From assembly GCA_964106915.2 (NCBI GenBank), contig OZ066920.1: a DNA stretch of 64,000 nucleotides; one strand, given 5' to 3'. The translations under genes were made by a program, and so were the position numbers. The notes beneath the pieces are model-generated. The model did not search any database. It was not told where the DNA came from and saw only the letters and a list, made by a program, of their open reading frames with translations. Below, one piece after another: positions 1 to 12,780 of this stretch. How positions within the stretch are numbered: the stretch's first letter is position 1; each line of letters opens with the position of its first letter. Origin of the DNA: Podarcis gaigeae. Taxonomy: Eukaryota.

Positions 1-307
1 TTGTGCGCCCATCTCACTCAAGAGGCCAGGGGCCAGCGCTGTCCGAAGACACTTCCGGGTCACGTGGCCAGCGTGACATCGCTGCTCTGGCGAGCCAGAG
101 CTGCACACGGAAACGCCGTTTACCTTCCCGCTAGAAAGCGGTCCCTATTTATCTACTTGCACCCGAGGGTGCTTTCGAACTGCTAGGTTGGCAGGCGCTG
201 GGACTGAGCAACGGGAGCGCACCCCGCCGCGGGGATTCGAACCGCCGACCTTTCGATCGGCAAGCCCTAGGCGCTGAGGCATTTACCCACAGCGCCACCC
301 GCATCCC
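1..307 (-). mobile_element. Sauria SINE (Squam1/POM-type), cut off at the window edge
   Basis: Reverse complement starts GGGATGCGGGTGGCGCTGTGGG, has a Pol III B box (GGTTCGAATCCC) and the body CCAACCTAGCAGTTCGAAAGC...GCAAGTAGATAAATAGG...GGCCACGTGACCCGGAAG. Highly similar to the copy at 55147-55510. Confidence 0.92.
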
Positions 308-309
308 TT

Positions 310-348
310 CTTCACTAGGCAGACATAAACTTCACTAGGCAGACATAA
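310..348. repeat. Tandem duplication (CTTCACTAGGCAGACATAA) x2, period 20
   Basis: Exact 19-mer at 310-328 and 330-348, abutting the SINE 5' end. Confidence 0.9.
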
Positions 349-617
349 GTTCCTGCCTTCATCCATCCTCCCAACCCGTTCCAATTGCATGGTGCCATCA
401 GAAGCATGTCTCTACACCCTGCTATGTGGCAAGGGTAGCCTTGGCAATATGAACACCTGACCTGCGTCTTCTAATATGGCATGCACCGTTTGGATTTGCT
501 ACCCTGGCAACTGCCCAGTCTCTGCCTTTGTGCTTTTCTTATCTTCAGTACGAATTATATCATGATGTACACTAATACTGCACAAAGAAGAAGGACAGAC
601 TTCCCTATTCCCTGACA

Positions 618-619
<2 letters not shown>

Positions 620-666
<47 letters not shown>

Positions 667-667
667 T

Positions 668-702
<35 letters not shown>
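620..702. repeat. Compound microsatellite (CT)n-(GT)n
   Basis: Directly visible. It generates the ERERE and CVCVCV ORFs in the track. Confidence 0.97.
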
Positions 703-707
<5 letters not shown>

Positions 708-1652
708 ATTAGACAAAGAGGGATCCAGAATCAACATACATTACTTCACTCTAACAGAGATGCTTGTTTCTCCTTTGGAAAGCAGAACCAGAAAACGAAA
801 ACGAATGGCATAGCTATGGACTTGCAAAGTCAACTTATTGATTTTTATATGAGTCTCTAGAGACATTAGACTGGCAGAAAGATGTCATATCAAACACAAT
901 GCTCATAAGTCTCTTAGAGTGGCGTGTTTCCACACTTCTTTATGTAAATGGCATGGCTGTGCTGTGGTTTTGCTCTGACCTAAAACGTAAGGCAGCGTTT
1001 TCTGAATAGAGGCATTTTTGTATTGTGCTTGGTGTGGATTCAAGGAGTTAAGGAATAACACATGGACTAGGTATAAATTGGGTCAGTTCCAGTATCTGCA
1101 GTGTTATTCCCGAATAACACTCTTTGTAAGACAGTTAAAATTGTTATTATTGTTTATTATTTCTAGGGTCTGCCCATACTGAGCTTTTTAAAATTAATTA
1201 AATGGGAAAACCTTCTATAGATAAAGGTTCGGCACACCAAATCAGCTGGACTTGTGCCGCCACAAGGCAACTTGTGATAGATGACATGTTTACAGTTAGG
1301 CGGATTTCTCCCACTGGAGAGCCTGATTGCTCAGAAAATGTAGCCAGCAGGGCTTAAATGCTATGTTATGCAGGTCTTTTAATGACCCATCAGGTGGGTC
1401 TATTCAGAAAAGAGCCCAAGGAAGTGAAACAGTCTTAAGAATTTCAAATCCAAGACTACAACATCTGCTTTCAATCCTAGATCCCCCCCTTTCTCTCTGA
1501 AGAAAGGCCTTATGCAACTCTAGCTATTGCTCATGAAAAAGTAGCTGCAACAGAAGTGGAGAAAGAATATTCTTGCCATTACATAAGTTGCATGGTCTCT
1601 ACTGGATTGCATTAGTAGTCATAGTTATATGTCTTCTTATGTCCTCTTAAGG

Positions 1653-1791
1653 CAGGTGTGGGAAGCCTTTGGGCCTCCAGATGCTGATGAACTACAACTC
1701 CTATCGATCCCAGCAAGCATGGCCAATGGCCAGAGATGATGGGAGTTGTAGCTGTAGCAGCTTCAGAAGGGCCAAAGATTCCCCACACCCG
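1653..1791. mobile_element. hAT-type MITE, ~140 bp, degenerate (ACTACAACTCCCATC family)
   Basis: Imperfect TIRs CAGGTGTGGGAAG...TTCCCCACACCCG and internal inverted arms GAACTACAACTCC / GGGAGTTGTAG. Same family as 25717-25852. Confidence 0.75.
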
Positions 1792-1896
1792 TCCTAGGCA
1801 TTAAAACCAATGAAGCAAAATGGGTTTGCACCACAGAAGCTCTTGGAAATACGTAACACAGCAGTTATGCCCCATTATGCAGCACTGCCTCAAAAC

Positions 1897-2220
1897 TTAA
1901 GAATGTAAGGAAAGCCCTGCTGGATCAGACCAAAGACCTACGTAGTCCAGCTTCCTGCTTCCCGCAATGGCCCACCAGGTGCATCTGTGAAGCCCAAAGC
2001 ATGGCGCAAAGGCAACATTCCTGTCCTCCCCACTTGCGATTCGCAGCAGCTGCTACACAGAGGCATAGTGCTTCTGACAGGGTAGGTACAAGATAGCTAT
2101 TGTGGCTAGTAGCCGCTGATAGCTTCATCTTCCCTAAACTTCTATAACCCCTCTTTTGGTGTGCTCCACGTTGGAGGCCATCCCTGCATCTTGTGGGAGC
2201 AAATTTCTTAGTTTAACCAC
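1897..2220 (-). mobile_element. CR1 LINE 3' fragment
   Basis: TAAGAATGTAAG...CCTGCTGGATCAGACCAAAG..TAGTCCAGC and GGCCATCCCTGCATCTTGTGGGAGCAAATT resemble the reverse complement of a squamate CR1 3' UTR/ORF2 end. Confidence 0.7.
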
Positions 2221-2452
2221 ATTATGGTCACCAACTTGGATCGCTTTAAAAGAGGATTTGACAAATTCACGGAGGGTAAGGCTCCCAATGGCTACTAGTC
2301 ATGATGGAGGCTAAGCCTCTGAAGACTGGTTGCTGGAGACAGAGGCAGGTTTAGGGCAGCGTAACTGGTTCCACCACATTGGGATTCCTGCATTGCAGGG
2401 AGTTGGGACTAGATGACCCTGGGGGTGCCTTCTAACTCTACAATTCTATGAT
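2221..2452 (+). mobile_element. CR1 3' fragments, ending in the CR1 tail ACTAGATGACC...ATTCTATGAT
   Basis: CACCAACTTGGATCGCTTTAAAAGAGGATTTGACAAATTCACGGAGG matches the CR1 ORF2 end (FKRGFDKF). The terminal ATTCTATGA octamer is present. Confidence 0.65.
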
Positions 2453-2835
2453 AATGTTTGGATTATTGTTCAGGATTAGCACGGCTTAACCGGAGGCAGA
2501 ACAACTGGTAAATCCGCTTGATGAGTAAGAGGGATTTCAGCACCCCCATCTCTCACCCCTGTTAGAAAGAGGTTACTGCAATTCAATCTATAAAACGTGT
2601 ATGCTCTGCAGGAATTATTATCATTATTCATTATTATCAACACCACCACGCCTCTGCTCCCATAAAGGTCTCAAGCACACAGTGAAAATGTATGACTTCA
2701 AGTTTAAGAGTTCATTTCTGAAGATACTGTGTCCCAAACATACCCTCTAAATTGAAACGAAGGAAGCAATTTATGTTTGGGTTATGTTCTGGGGGTTCGC
2801 ACATAGAGGAAATTACATGGAGGTAAATATGTTTA

Positions 2836-3042
2836 TTTATTATTGTTCCATTTCTATCCCACCTTTAATTCAAGGTGCTCAAGGTGACAGGTATATATGG
2901 TGCTTCCTCTCCCTCTGAGACGGGTTAGGCTGAGAGACTCTGACTGGCCCAAAGTCACCCAGCGAGCTTCATGGTTGAGTGGGATCAAAACCCCATTCTT
3001 CCAGGTCTTAGTCCAAGATTCTAACCACTACACCACACAGGC
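2836..3042 (-). mobile_element. tRNA-derived CORE/MIR-like squamate SINE (Squam3-like)
   Basis: GGTTAGGCTGAGAGA..TGACTGGCCCAAAGTCACCCAGCGAGCTTCATGG...TCTAACCACTACACCACAC is the typical antisense reading of this SINE. Confidence 0.7.
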
Positions 3043-5743
3043 AATGTGCATGTTCCTCTCCCACACTCTCACCAGAACCATGTTTAAATAAACTGCCTTG
3101 TCAAGTTTGGCCTTGTGCTGCTGCTATCTGCACAGGAAGCCAATGCAAGGGTTCTGAGCCCAGGGTTCTTCCTGTTCAGAGAGAGCTCATTCTTGCAGGC
3201 CTTCCTACAGGCTCACGGCAGGGAAGGTGGATGCGTGCTTTAAGACAAGGCACTGCTTGTGATCAGTGCTGTACATAAGCTGTGCTAAAAAGTGTCTACA
3301 AAATTTTATTTTTGCCTGTCTGTCCTAGGCATAAAGTACTCAGCTCAAAGCTTCAAGGCCCTAGATGGTTCTGTTTCCAGGTTTGCACCCAGCAGACAGA
3401 GACGGGTAGGTTCCTAAGTAGATTCCTTTTTATTATGAATAACACCTATAGAAACACAACTGTTCCCCAGCCATTGCCTAGCAGCAGCTATTCCATTAGG
3501 CTGCAGAGCAGAAGGAAGGAATGGATGCAGACCTATTCTATTGCCTCTGTTGAGATTACCAGCTGCCTTTGGCCCTCCATCAACTGTTTCATAACAGCTG
3601 ATCTGGCTACCTGATCTGTTTCCATCCCACTTCACAATCTGGTGCCTGAGCTTGCCTTTGTTTTCACCTTGTCCTCCCTCCCGGTCCCCTTTTCCTCATT
3701 TGCCATGTCTTCTGGATTGCAAACATGAGGGAAGGGACTTCCTACAGATTTGTAACGCCCCTCAGGAGCCTTTTCTAGTCCTTCCCACTAAACCCTTGTC
3801 ATATGTTGTCACTCCAATCCCTGCCAAAATATTATGAATGTTGCATGCACACACAAAATTAGTCTGGAATTAATTGAGAACATATGCTAATTTGCGCAAT
3901 ATATTATTCATCGTGTATCATTTGCCATTATAATATAGCATTTTTGTGCACATAGCCAAATTTGATCCATAAAACCTAGCTGAGAATATATGGAATCTTT
4001 CTATCTTGGGTTTTGAGTCAAACCCTTAATATCCTTTTAATACAGTTTTAGGTGAATTATTTATTACGCTGATACTTTCATTGATGATCCCAGGCAACTT
4101 CCTCCAAAGTCAGTGGGGCTTTTGAGTGCAAATCAATAGCAGCATTTAAAGGTAATACTGTCATCCTTTGATGCATTGCATGTAAATCAATTCAAAACTA
4201 ATTTAGATATAATTTAGATACTACAGCCTTTAAACTTTGTGTAAAACAGTTTTGTGTTTTTTTTAAAAAGAAAAGGAAATTGCAGTAGGTTGCTGAGGTT
4301 TGAGCATAATGGTGTTCAAGAATATACCTAGGGAAATGCTATTTTTGTCAATGTAGAAATTAGATTTCTGTACAATTTTCTGTAGAGAATACAATCTTGG
4401 CATTTTTTTGGTCATTTTTGTTTTCTTCCTTATGGGGATACAGTTATGAGCCATACTTTAGAGCAAATGTATGGAACAGCATTCAAGGAATTGTACAGTA
4501 ACCAACAGCATTACATGGACCAAATCCTATGCCTAGCTATTAAGGCTCTTTGAAAGTCAGTTAATTTATTAAGAAACTGAATTATTTTCACCAAGAAAAA
4601 ATACACCTAAAAACAACGGGTAGTCATGAATTGGCAGAACCTCTGCATTCGAACTGATGAGGTTAAACAAATGCTAACATCTGTCAGGTATAAATTTATG
4701 TGGCATTTTAAGGGCCAAGGTTCTGCAAGTTTCTTCTCCTCCCCCTGCACCATACATTTCCCCCTCTTTCAGCTAAACCTTGGGTCTAGTGACTGGGAAG
4801 TGGGTTTAGAAAGAAAGATGTTACTATGCTTGGCCTAAATCCAGCACACAGCTAAGTGTTTCAGGCTTAAAGCCATGAAATCAATGGCTTTAAGTATGCC
4901 CAGCCCTCTGTTAGATTAGGACATAGTTTTCTATGAGATCTTCATTAATGCTAAAATTCAGTGCATTTGTGCTGGGGGAAAATAGTTGTGGCTTTTGTAA
5001 GATGGCATTGAAAACCAAACATACTATTTCTCTCTATATAACTCTCACAGTTATCATGTAACCGTTGTAGGATTGCTGCTTTTCCCAAAAAGGACAGGGG
5101 TATCGTGTGATATCAATTGCTCTTTTATGCATGTTAATTCAGAGATGTGGAAACTTGCACTATTACTACAAGTCCCCTCACACTATTTATACTGTATATT
5201 GTACCTCCTAGATCCTCTTGATCCAAATACAGTTCCAGCCTTTTAAACGTCAATATAAAAGGAAGCGCATCTGCCTTTTTCACGATGAAAAAAGACTTAA
5301 CATTGAGTAATGTACAATCCTGAAATAATAGTACACACTTTGCTGAGATGGGAGATTTTAGGATAAATTTGTGGATTCGATTACAGTATTTCCGATTTTA
5401 TCTAGCAGATTTTATTTTCACTTCCTTGTGAGGTGAGCTTTCCTGTCCTTTAATGAACCAGGACATATAACAAAGAAGCCACCAAATTTTATGGGCACTG
5501 TCATATAAGACTGAAATCTGTCATACTAATTGCTAACATATGTCCTTTTAAATGTGTTTGTGGGAGGATGTTATTGGTTTGGTTTGTTTTGGTTTGGTTC
5601 TTGTTCTTATTCCTATTATGCATTTTGTGTTCTCATTTTGTGTTTTTATGTTGTTAACCACCCTGTGATCTTCGGATGAAGGGCGGTATACAAATTTAAT
5701 AAACAACAACAGATTCTGATTACTTCTGTCCTCTAACATTACT

Positions 5744-5828
5744 GTTGCAATCCTATACTCACTTACCAGGAATAAGTCCCATTGAACTTGGTAGGGCTCA
5801 GCTTCCAAGTAAACATATAGGATTGCAG
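5744..5828. mobile_element. Short palindromic MITE (GCAATCCTA...TAGGATTGC family, PIF/Harbinger-like)
   Basis: Terminal inverted TGCAATCCTAT / ATAGGATTGCA with inner AAGTCCCATTGA. Related copies at ~12006-12092, 12691-12780, 24768-24850, 26400-26480, 29498-29580, 32751-32831 and 56862-56944. Confidence 0.65.
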
Positions 5829-8800
5829 ATCAGTAGAAATCCATGATAGTAAAGGAAACTGTTTTCCATGGTCAATCCATCTGCTCTAGCCTATGTGGCT
5901 AAAGTAGCTGAGGCTGATGACAGCACCAGGTTAACAAAGGCTGAGATAAAGTATAGTACCTTCTAAGTTAAAACAAAAAACTTGAAGCATCCAAACCCTG
6001 TAAAATGTTAACAGTCCTAGAAATATTATTTTAATATTTGCCACCTTTATGCCTTTGAAATCTAGCCAGTGTCCAAGCAATGTCTTGTTGTTTGCAATCA
6101 CTCTCATTAAACTAATAAAACAATGTTTTCTCAATAGCTAGTCTGAGTGATCAAAAATAAAAGAGCGAAGCAATAAGGTTAACAAGTCAACGAGCCACTT
6201 CATGTTTGCAATCTGTAGCTCCCTACATACTGTGTGCAAGAAGATTTAAGAATGTATTTCTTTTCCCCTCCCGCCCACCTTACAGTGCCCTAGGCACAAA
6301 TGGTTCGTTTACAAGAATCATATCAATTTTAATAAGCCATTGTCTTATTTTATTGTGAGTCAGGGAGAAGGTCAACACAGCAAAAATGTGGATGGGTGGG
6401 TTGGAATCTCCCGGTATAAAATCTTAAGGACATTAACTTACAGCAGAGGAGTTTATCTTATTTATTATTCAAGGTCATTGACCAAGATTTACCTCCAAAT
6501 AGAAACTGCTTCTAGCAGGGTTGGCCTATCCATGAGGTGGACTGAGGCAGCTACCGAGGGCATCCTGCCTGTCCCCACTGGAGAAGCGAGAAGTGGCAGC
6601 TTCTGGGTTCCGGTGAGCCCTTGCAAGATTTTGATGGAAGCCACTGCTGCTTCTCCTTACTACTCTGGTCGCACCATGGGCGCTGCCATGCCACCACTGG
6701 AAAAGAAAAGTGGCTGCAGCAGCGGCTTCTAGCGAGATTTTGCAGGGCTCTCGCAAGAGTTGATGCAGAATCCTTGCATATATTGTCTCACATCTTATCT
6801 GCAGCATCATAGGACAATTGCAGTAAGTAAACTGTAACAGGACACTGACTTTCTGAAAACCGAATCTGTGTTTGGTACAAAAAGGGTTTCAAACACCTAA
6901 TCTGCACACCTCAACTACTGTTCCTGCTAACCTGCTCTGTTTCAAAATACAACACTGATGAACAGAAATTCAGCCCTAGTCACCCCCAAGTTAGGATGTA
7001 GACACATAAAAATAATTTTACAGTTGAAAGAGAATTTAGGAGTTGGGTGGAAACCAAATTACATCAGTACAGAGGCCCCAATAAAACAAACTGCATAAGC
7101 CTCTGGGTACAAAAACACAGAAGAGGCTTACGATCAGATAAGAGTCAATCCCACTGTTATCATTTCTCCATCCCTTTTCAGTGTAGAAAAGCCCTTCATA
7201 ATTCTTCTTTCTTTTCACAGAAATCCAGTAAAATAGGTTGAGATACAGTGATGCCAATGCCCCAAACTATCCATTAAGATTCATAGCTGAATCTTGCCCT
7301 GGCAAGTGGCAGAAGAAATATACCCGCATCTCTTTTTTTCCTCACCAGGTGCAGATTCCTCCCTGGGGGTGGTTGAAGAGACCTTTATTATATCAATTTG
7401 GCTAGCCTCAAGATGACTTTACTCATGATTTATTTAATGAAGCGAATACCTTTATCTCAACTCAAGAGAAGCCTCAATATTAATAAATGAGAGGCTAACT
7501 GAGCACACTGTAGCCAATGTCCATCAGTGCAGTTCGCTACCAGATGGATCCCAGCTTAGCTTTCAGTTAGGTAAAATGAGGACACAACAGAATTGAATTA
7601 GGAATCATGCACGCAGCCCTAATCACAACCAGGGCAGTGGCAGCTTATGAGATCAGCCCTGGCTGGCCAGATGCCCAAAGTGTCATGACCCTCCTATGGT
7701 CCCTGTGAAAGAAGAGCATCTTCTGGGCCTGTCTGGCATCATGGGGGAGGAGAGGGGAGGCCACAAAGACTGACAGCTTTCCTTTTGAACTATAATTGTT
7801 TCATTATAACTGTTAAACATCTTCCCTATGACAAATTAAATTGCTGCATGAAACGGTGCCAATCAGCATAAGTAAATTACATTTTCAATTATTATGCTCC
7901 AAGAGTTGTGCTACACAGAAGCTGCTTATCGGGAGATTATGCTTCCCCTTTGCTCCTTGTTGTGGCAGAGGGGCCGTTTCATCAATATCCACTGGGAGAC
8001 CACTGGTGTCAATGGAAACAAGGAGCATGGTATTCACGCCAACCATGCTCAAGTTTGTGGTGACTTCCAGCGCCTTTTTCTAGAAAAATAGCACTGGTTA
8101 CTAGGGGTTCAGATGCCTGATGGAAGTTGAAATGGCATAATGGTGTGTTTTGAACTGGAAGAAAGATTCATTGGAGGAAAAGGACAAAGAAAGGAGCTAA
8201 AGGCACTCTGACAACTTTTGTTAAATATCTGGTGCCCCATCTTTGTCTCAACCTTACTGAAATAAGGTTGTATTCCTGAGATGAAAAATGTACTACAGTG
8301 CAAAAAAGGGTACTGTGTTATAATACACTGGAAATATAACCCCCAGGTCAAGTTTACAGTGGGTGGCATTGTAGTATTCAAATGCATTCATTGAAGGTAT
8401 GTTTGCTAGTTCAGGGCTCCCAAGGCTAATATTGGCTTACCAGCTAGAGCACAGCAAGTAAAAGGTACTGGTCTAAAGCCAAATCAGAATGCAAATCTTC
8501 CAGTATCTATTCCAGGCTTGACTAATCCAAAGGTGTCATACAACTTCCCAATTACTGGAGCTAGTATTGCCCATCCCTACACAGGCAAGATCTCACCCTA
8601 ATATTAATTTGCATGGAAGAAAGTCTCATTCAGCAAAAGTCCCACTTACCCTGGCTACCAGTCCTTTAATTAGTTGCTTCCTTCTCTTACTTAAATCAGA
8701 CTTGTAATTAGTCAATTCCTGTTTCTTGCTGGGGTCTGTGTACAGCTTTAATTACTTATTTCCTCTTTACAGCCAAAGCAACTATTTGGTTTTTTTAAAT

Positions 8801-9321
8801 AATGATTGCACTTGTGGAACTACAATAATAACAAATAAAATTTAGAAACTAACAAGGAATTGGCCTGGCTGCAATAATGATTAAAGGGCTGATTCATGAA
8901 TGCCATGGTCACAAGTGAAAGGAAACAGCTACTTAAAAAGTCAGTAGCTTCTGCTATTTTTATTGTTGTTTTGGTTGCATTGTATTTCTTATATTTAACT
9001 TATTGTGAGCCACCTTAAGTTAGGATATGCCTGTAAAGTTGAGATATAAATTTCATAATAAACATTGAAAACACTGGAATGCTAAGTTTGGGCATCAACA
9101 ATGTTCATATTGTTGGTAAAAATTATTCCATGTGTATGATGGATACAGTATCTGATTTGTGCAATCCATTGTCCCTATGGTTCCTTACTGTTTCTGTTTC
9201 TCCAGTCTCTTTTTCTTTGTGTAATACTGTTTGTTTTGTCATAAAATCAATAAGAAACAAACCCTCAATGTGCCACCAGGGCACTGTTCTGGCAGTGACT
9301 TTTTAGCTCAGCATAAGCCCA

Positions 9322-9430
9322 CATGGTGCCCTCCATGTTGTTGGATTTCAGCTCCCATCAGCCCCAGCTAGCATGCCCAAGTCATGAATGATGGGAGTTG
9401 TAGTTAACAACATCTGAAAGGTTATCCCAA
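9322..9430. mobile_element. Degenerate hAT-type MITE (ACTACAACTCCCATC family)
   Basis: GGTGCCCTCCATGTTGTTGG..CAGCTCCCATCA...TGATGGGAGTTGTAGT..CAACATCTG. Confidence 0.6.
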
Positions 9431-12400
9431 TCTCAGCTGTGCTGCACCACCACCATTGCTCTTATGGTCAGTGATGGTTCTATGCTTTGTCTGTCCAGAT
9501 GACCAGAGGCTGGGCTACTATATATACCCATCTCACCTGCTCCAGAATCTGTTTGCAGAACCTGACCGCACCACTTGCCTCTGGGCCTTGACAACAAGCC
9601 ATTCATCATTGAGGAACATTTCACCTCCCATGACCCCCAAACAATTCTTGGCAGTGCTACTGTCTATAGTCACCATTAGGATCACTTCCATGTGTTTGCT
9701 TTACAACAGAATATGAAATGATATGCCATGTGTGACATACAAAGCTTACAATGTTAATTTATAAGATCCATAATGAAAACCTGGCTTTTGAAGTAGCTAC
9801 AGCTCTCCCTTTCCTCAAGATTCCCAAATATAAAAGCAAAAAAAAGTTATTTCTCAGCAAGTTTTGAACATGTGTGCTTGTGAGGTGCTATTAATCGTGA
9901 TTCATTTTAAAATAGCCATGGGCTAGTCATCTTCACCCCCAAGGTAACTTCTCACATCCTCTACGATGATAAAGCATTTCATCAGTTTGGTGGGGAAAGC
10001 AAAACACTACCCACAGACTTGCAACCTCATATCATCCTTGCCTTGTGGAACAGTGAAAATCCCACAACATCCTTATCCACAATGTGTTACGCAAAGCAAC
10101 ATTAAAAGTCATTGAAGTGTCAGTTGGTGATTTCATCATGTGTCAAGCCTCCTACTTGTGAATGATTCATCTTACTTGTCGCAAAAAGGGGAAGGGAGGA
10201 GGAAAAGTAAGAAACTTCAGATTTGGTTAGCATTGTTCCGATAGCTTAACGTTCTAAACAAATGAGCATACAGAACCAGTGATGGTTTGTGAAGTGAAGT
10301 TTTAATACATAGTAACATTTAAAAGCAAAAAGCATTTTAAAGCAGTTTTTTTAATAAATGCAAGCGACAATACAATGCTAAGGTTGGTTTGCACTATAGC
10401 AAAAGCACAGAGGCCAAATGTTATCAGTCTGAATGTTGTAATTCAGGCGTTCCCGTCTCCCGCACTTAAGCGGGGGTTACGTTCCCAGACTCTGTACATA
10501 TATGTGAAATTGCATAAAGTGGGGAGGGTGCTGTTGAGAGAGGCTGGGAAGTGGCTCTCTTGGCAGATCCCATCCAACCCACCCACCTTCCCGGGGGGGG
10601 GGGGGATGCACCCTTGCGTGTGCACACATACCCTGCCTGCCTCCAGTAGCCATTAAGTTGAGCTGGGGATCAATGGGTTGGTGGCTCCTAGTGCCCAGAG
10701 CTGCTGTGGACCTCTTGGCACTCTCCTTGTTGGTCCTGGAAATCAATGGTGGTGGTTTCTTTTTATCTAGTTTCTCCCCCACTACCCCCAAATAATGTTG
10801 TTGCCTGCTTGTAAAGCAGCAAGGGAGAGGGCAATGGCAATCAGAGGGACTCTCAGAACCTTCCCCAGGAGCAAAACTGACATTCGAGCGAACGAGGGAC
10901 GGGCAGGAGGGCAGAGGCATGGAGCACTCCCTACACAACAGCTCTGAAAACATTGTGGACCAAAGAAAAAACTTTAGGGCTTTTTAGAGTAATCGGTTGT
11001 GCTTGCTGAAATTAAACATATGATGCGGTTTATGGCTATCCTTACATTTAGGAATCCTATACTCACAAATGTGAACTGAGAAAGATTGTCATGCTGAGCA
11101 CTGAAATCTATGGGTCAAATAATGCACTCAGGATAATGATGTTAGTTCCATTTACCAGTCAGCAGATTCTGCTTAAGATACTTCAGAGCCCCACTCATGT
11201 AGTTCACATAATGCACAGCACTGCAGAAATGTACTGTATCTTGGTCGAGATGACATCTATGTATCCCAAGGCTGTAGTGTTGCTCGTTTACATTTCTTGG
11301 CCATGCATCTTTAAAAAACATCTGGTGGATAGGTTTTAGTGGAATTGTGCAATTGGGTCAATAGCACAAGAGAAAAGATTTTATCAATCTTGAAACTGAA
11401 ACTGAATCTCTTGAGCTTGTGATCTTTCACCTTTAAACCTAAGTGAGAGTAAAGATTAGCAGGTGAGACAAAAATAAAACATAATTATTTGTCAACAGAT
11501 AAGCATGTTAATAGCTTACAGTTGGTGCACATTCCATTTCTTTACATGACTTTAGAGTTTATAACAACCCAGTCAGCTGTAAAATTCAACCTTTGAGGTC
11601 TACGAAGCTGTGACAAAAGGAAGACAAATAACAGGACAATGAAATCTTGCTCTTTGTCCCTTTTTCCAGAGAAAGAGATGAGGTTAAGAAAATAATTCTT
11701 TTCTAAATTTGGTCTTGTCAGCTGGAGCGATGGCCTTGGAACTGCAACAGCTAGAAGAAAAAGATACTTGCCATACACCTTTGGCCTATCTTTTGGTTAA
11801 ACAAGAACACCAAAGGTGTTGGCAACAGCCAATGAAAATACAGTGGCACACTGACTGAGCAGATACTATTTATTCAGAGAGTAGCTGCACTGAAGGTCAC
11901 AATCCTAGAAACCTGTTCATAATGTTGACGCTGCACTGACATGGTCAAAGCACCATATCAGGTACCTGTTTGCTCTAGTTGTTTAAATAGAGCTTACTCT
12001 AACGTAAATCCTATGTAAAACATTTAGGCCTGGGAGTAAGTCTCACTGTGTTCAGTGGGATTTACCTCTGAGTAAAACAGGGTCAGCATTGGATATTTTA
12101 CTGCAGAAGGTGGAACAGCAGATGCTGACCTCCCAACAGCTCCCAAGAGGGAGCAGGGAAGGCAGAGGGAGGGTTATCACAGTGCGAACTTACTAGCAAG
12201 AATGCCAGATTGACTCCACTAGTGTATTTGTACCTGGTGTATTTGTACCACACTGACCTCACCACCTTGCCTCTCCCCACCCTGTGAGCAGCAGTGACTA
12301 AAGTGTTTGGAGGTTAGGTAAGCACTGCTTATCATGCAATCGGTTACTGGCTACATACTACCAAAGACCACTCACGCTCTCCTGTTACCTGAGGCAGGAA

Positions 12401-12690
12401 ATCCCAGCAATGCTTCCTGCCTCTTGAGAAGTAAAAATACAATATTAATAAATTAATGAACAGTTTGCTGTCATATCGTTTTAGGCTGGTAGTAGGATCT
12501 ATTTCCAAAACACCTCACACTTAAGGTTGTTTCTCCCTTGCAATCCAGTCTTTGTTCTGGAAGTGACGTAGCTGCACCTGCAAGTTGCAGAATATTAGCT
12601 ACAACTGAAGATTTATACTTGGGGATGCATGCATGACTTTGTGAGACAAGGAAAGAAATGATTGGAAATAAAATACATTGGAAGCTTAGC

Positions 12691-12780
12691 AGAGCAATCC
12701 CAACCATGTCTACTCAGAAGTAAGTCCTGTTGAAGTGAATGGGACTTACTCTCAGGCAAGTGGATTTAGGGTTGCAACCT
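12691..12780. mobile_element. Short palindromic MITE (GCAATCC...GGTTGC family)
   Basis: Inner inverted repeat AGTAAGTCC / GGACTTACT, with termini GCAATCC / GGGTTGC. Confidence 0.65.

Noticed and set aside
10445-10520. Tigger-like MITE left end (GCGGGGGTTACGTTCC)
   Set aside because: Only a short resemblance, and no partner TIR could be located with confidence.
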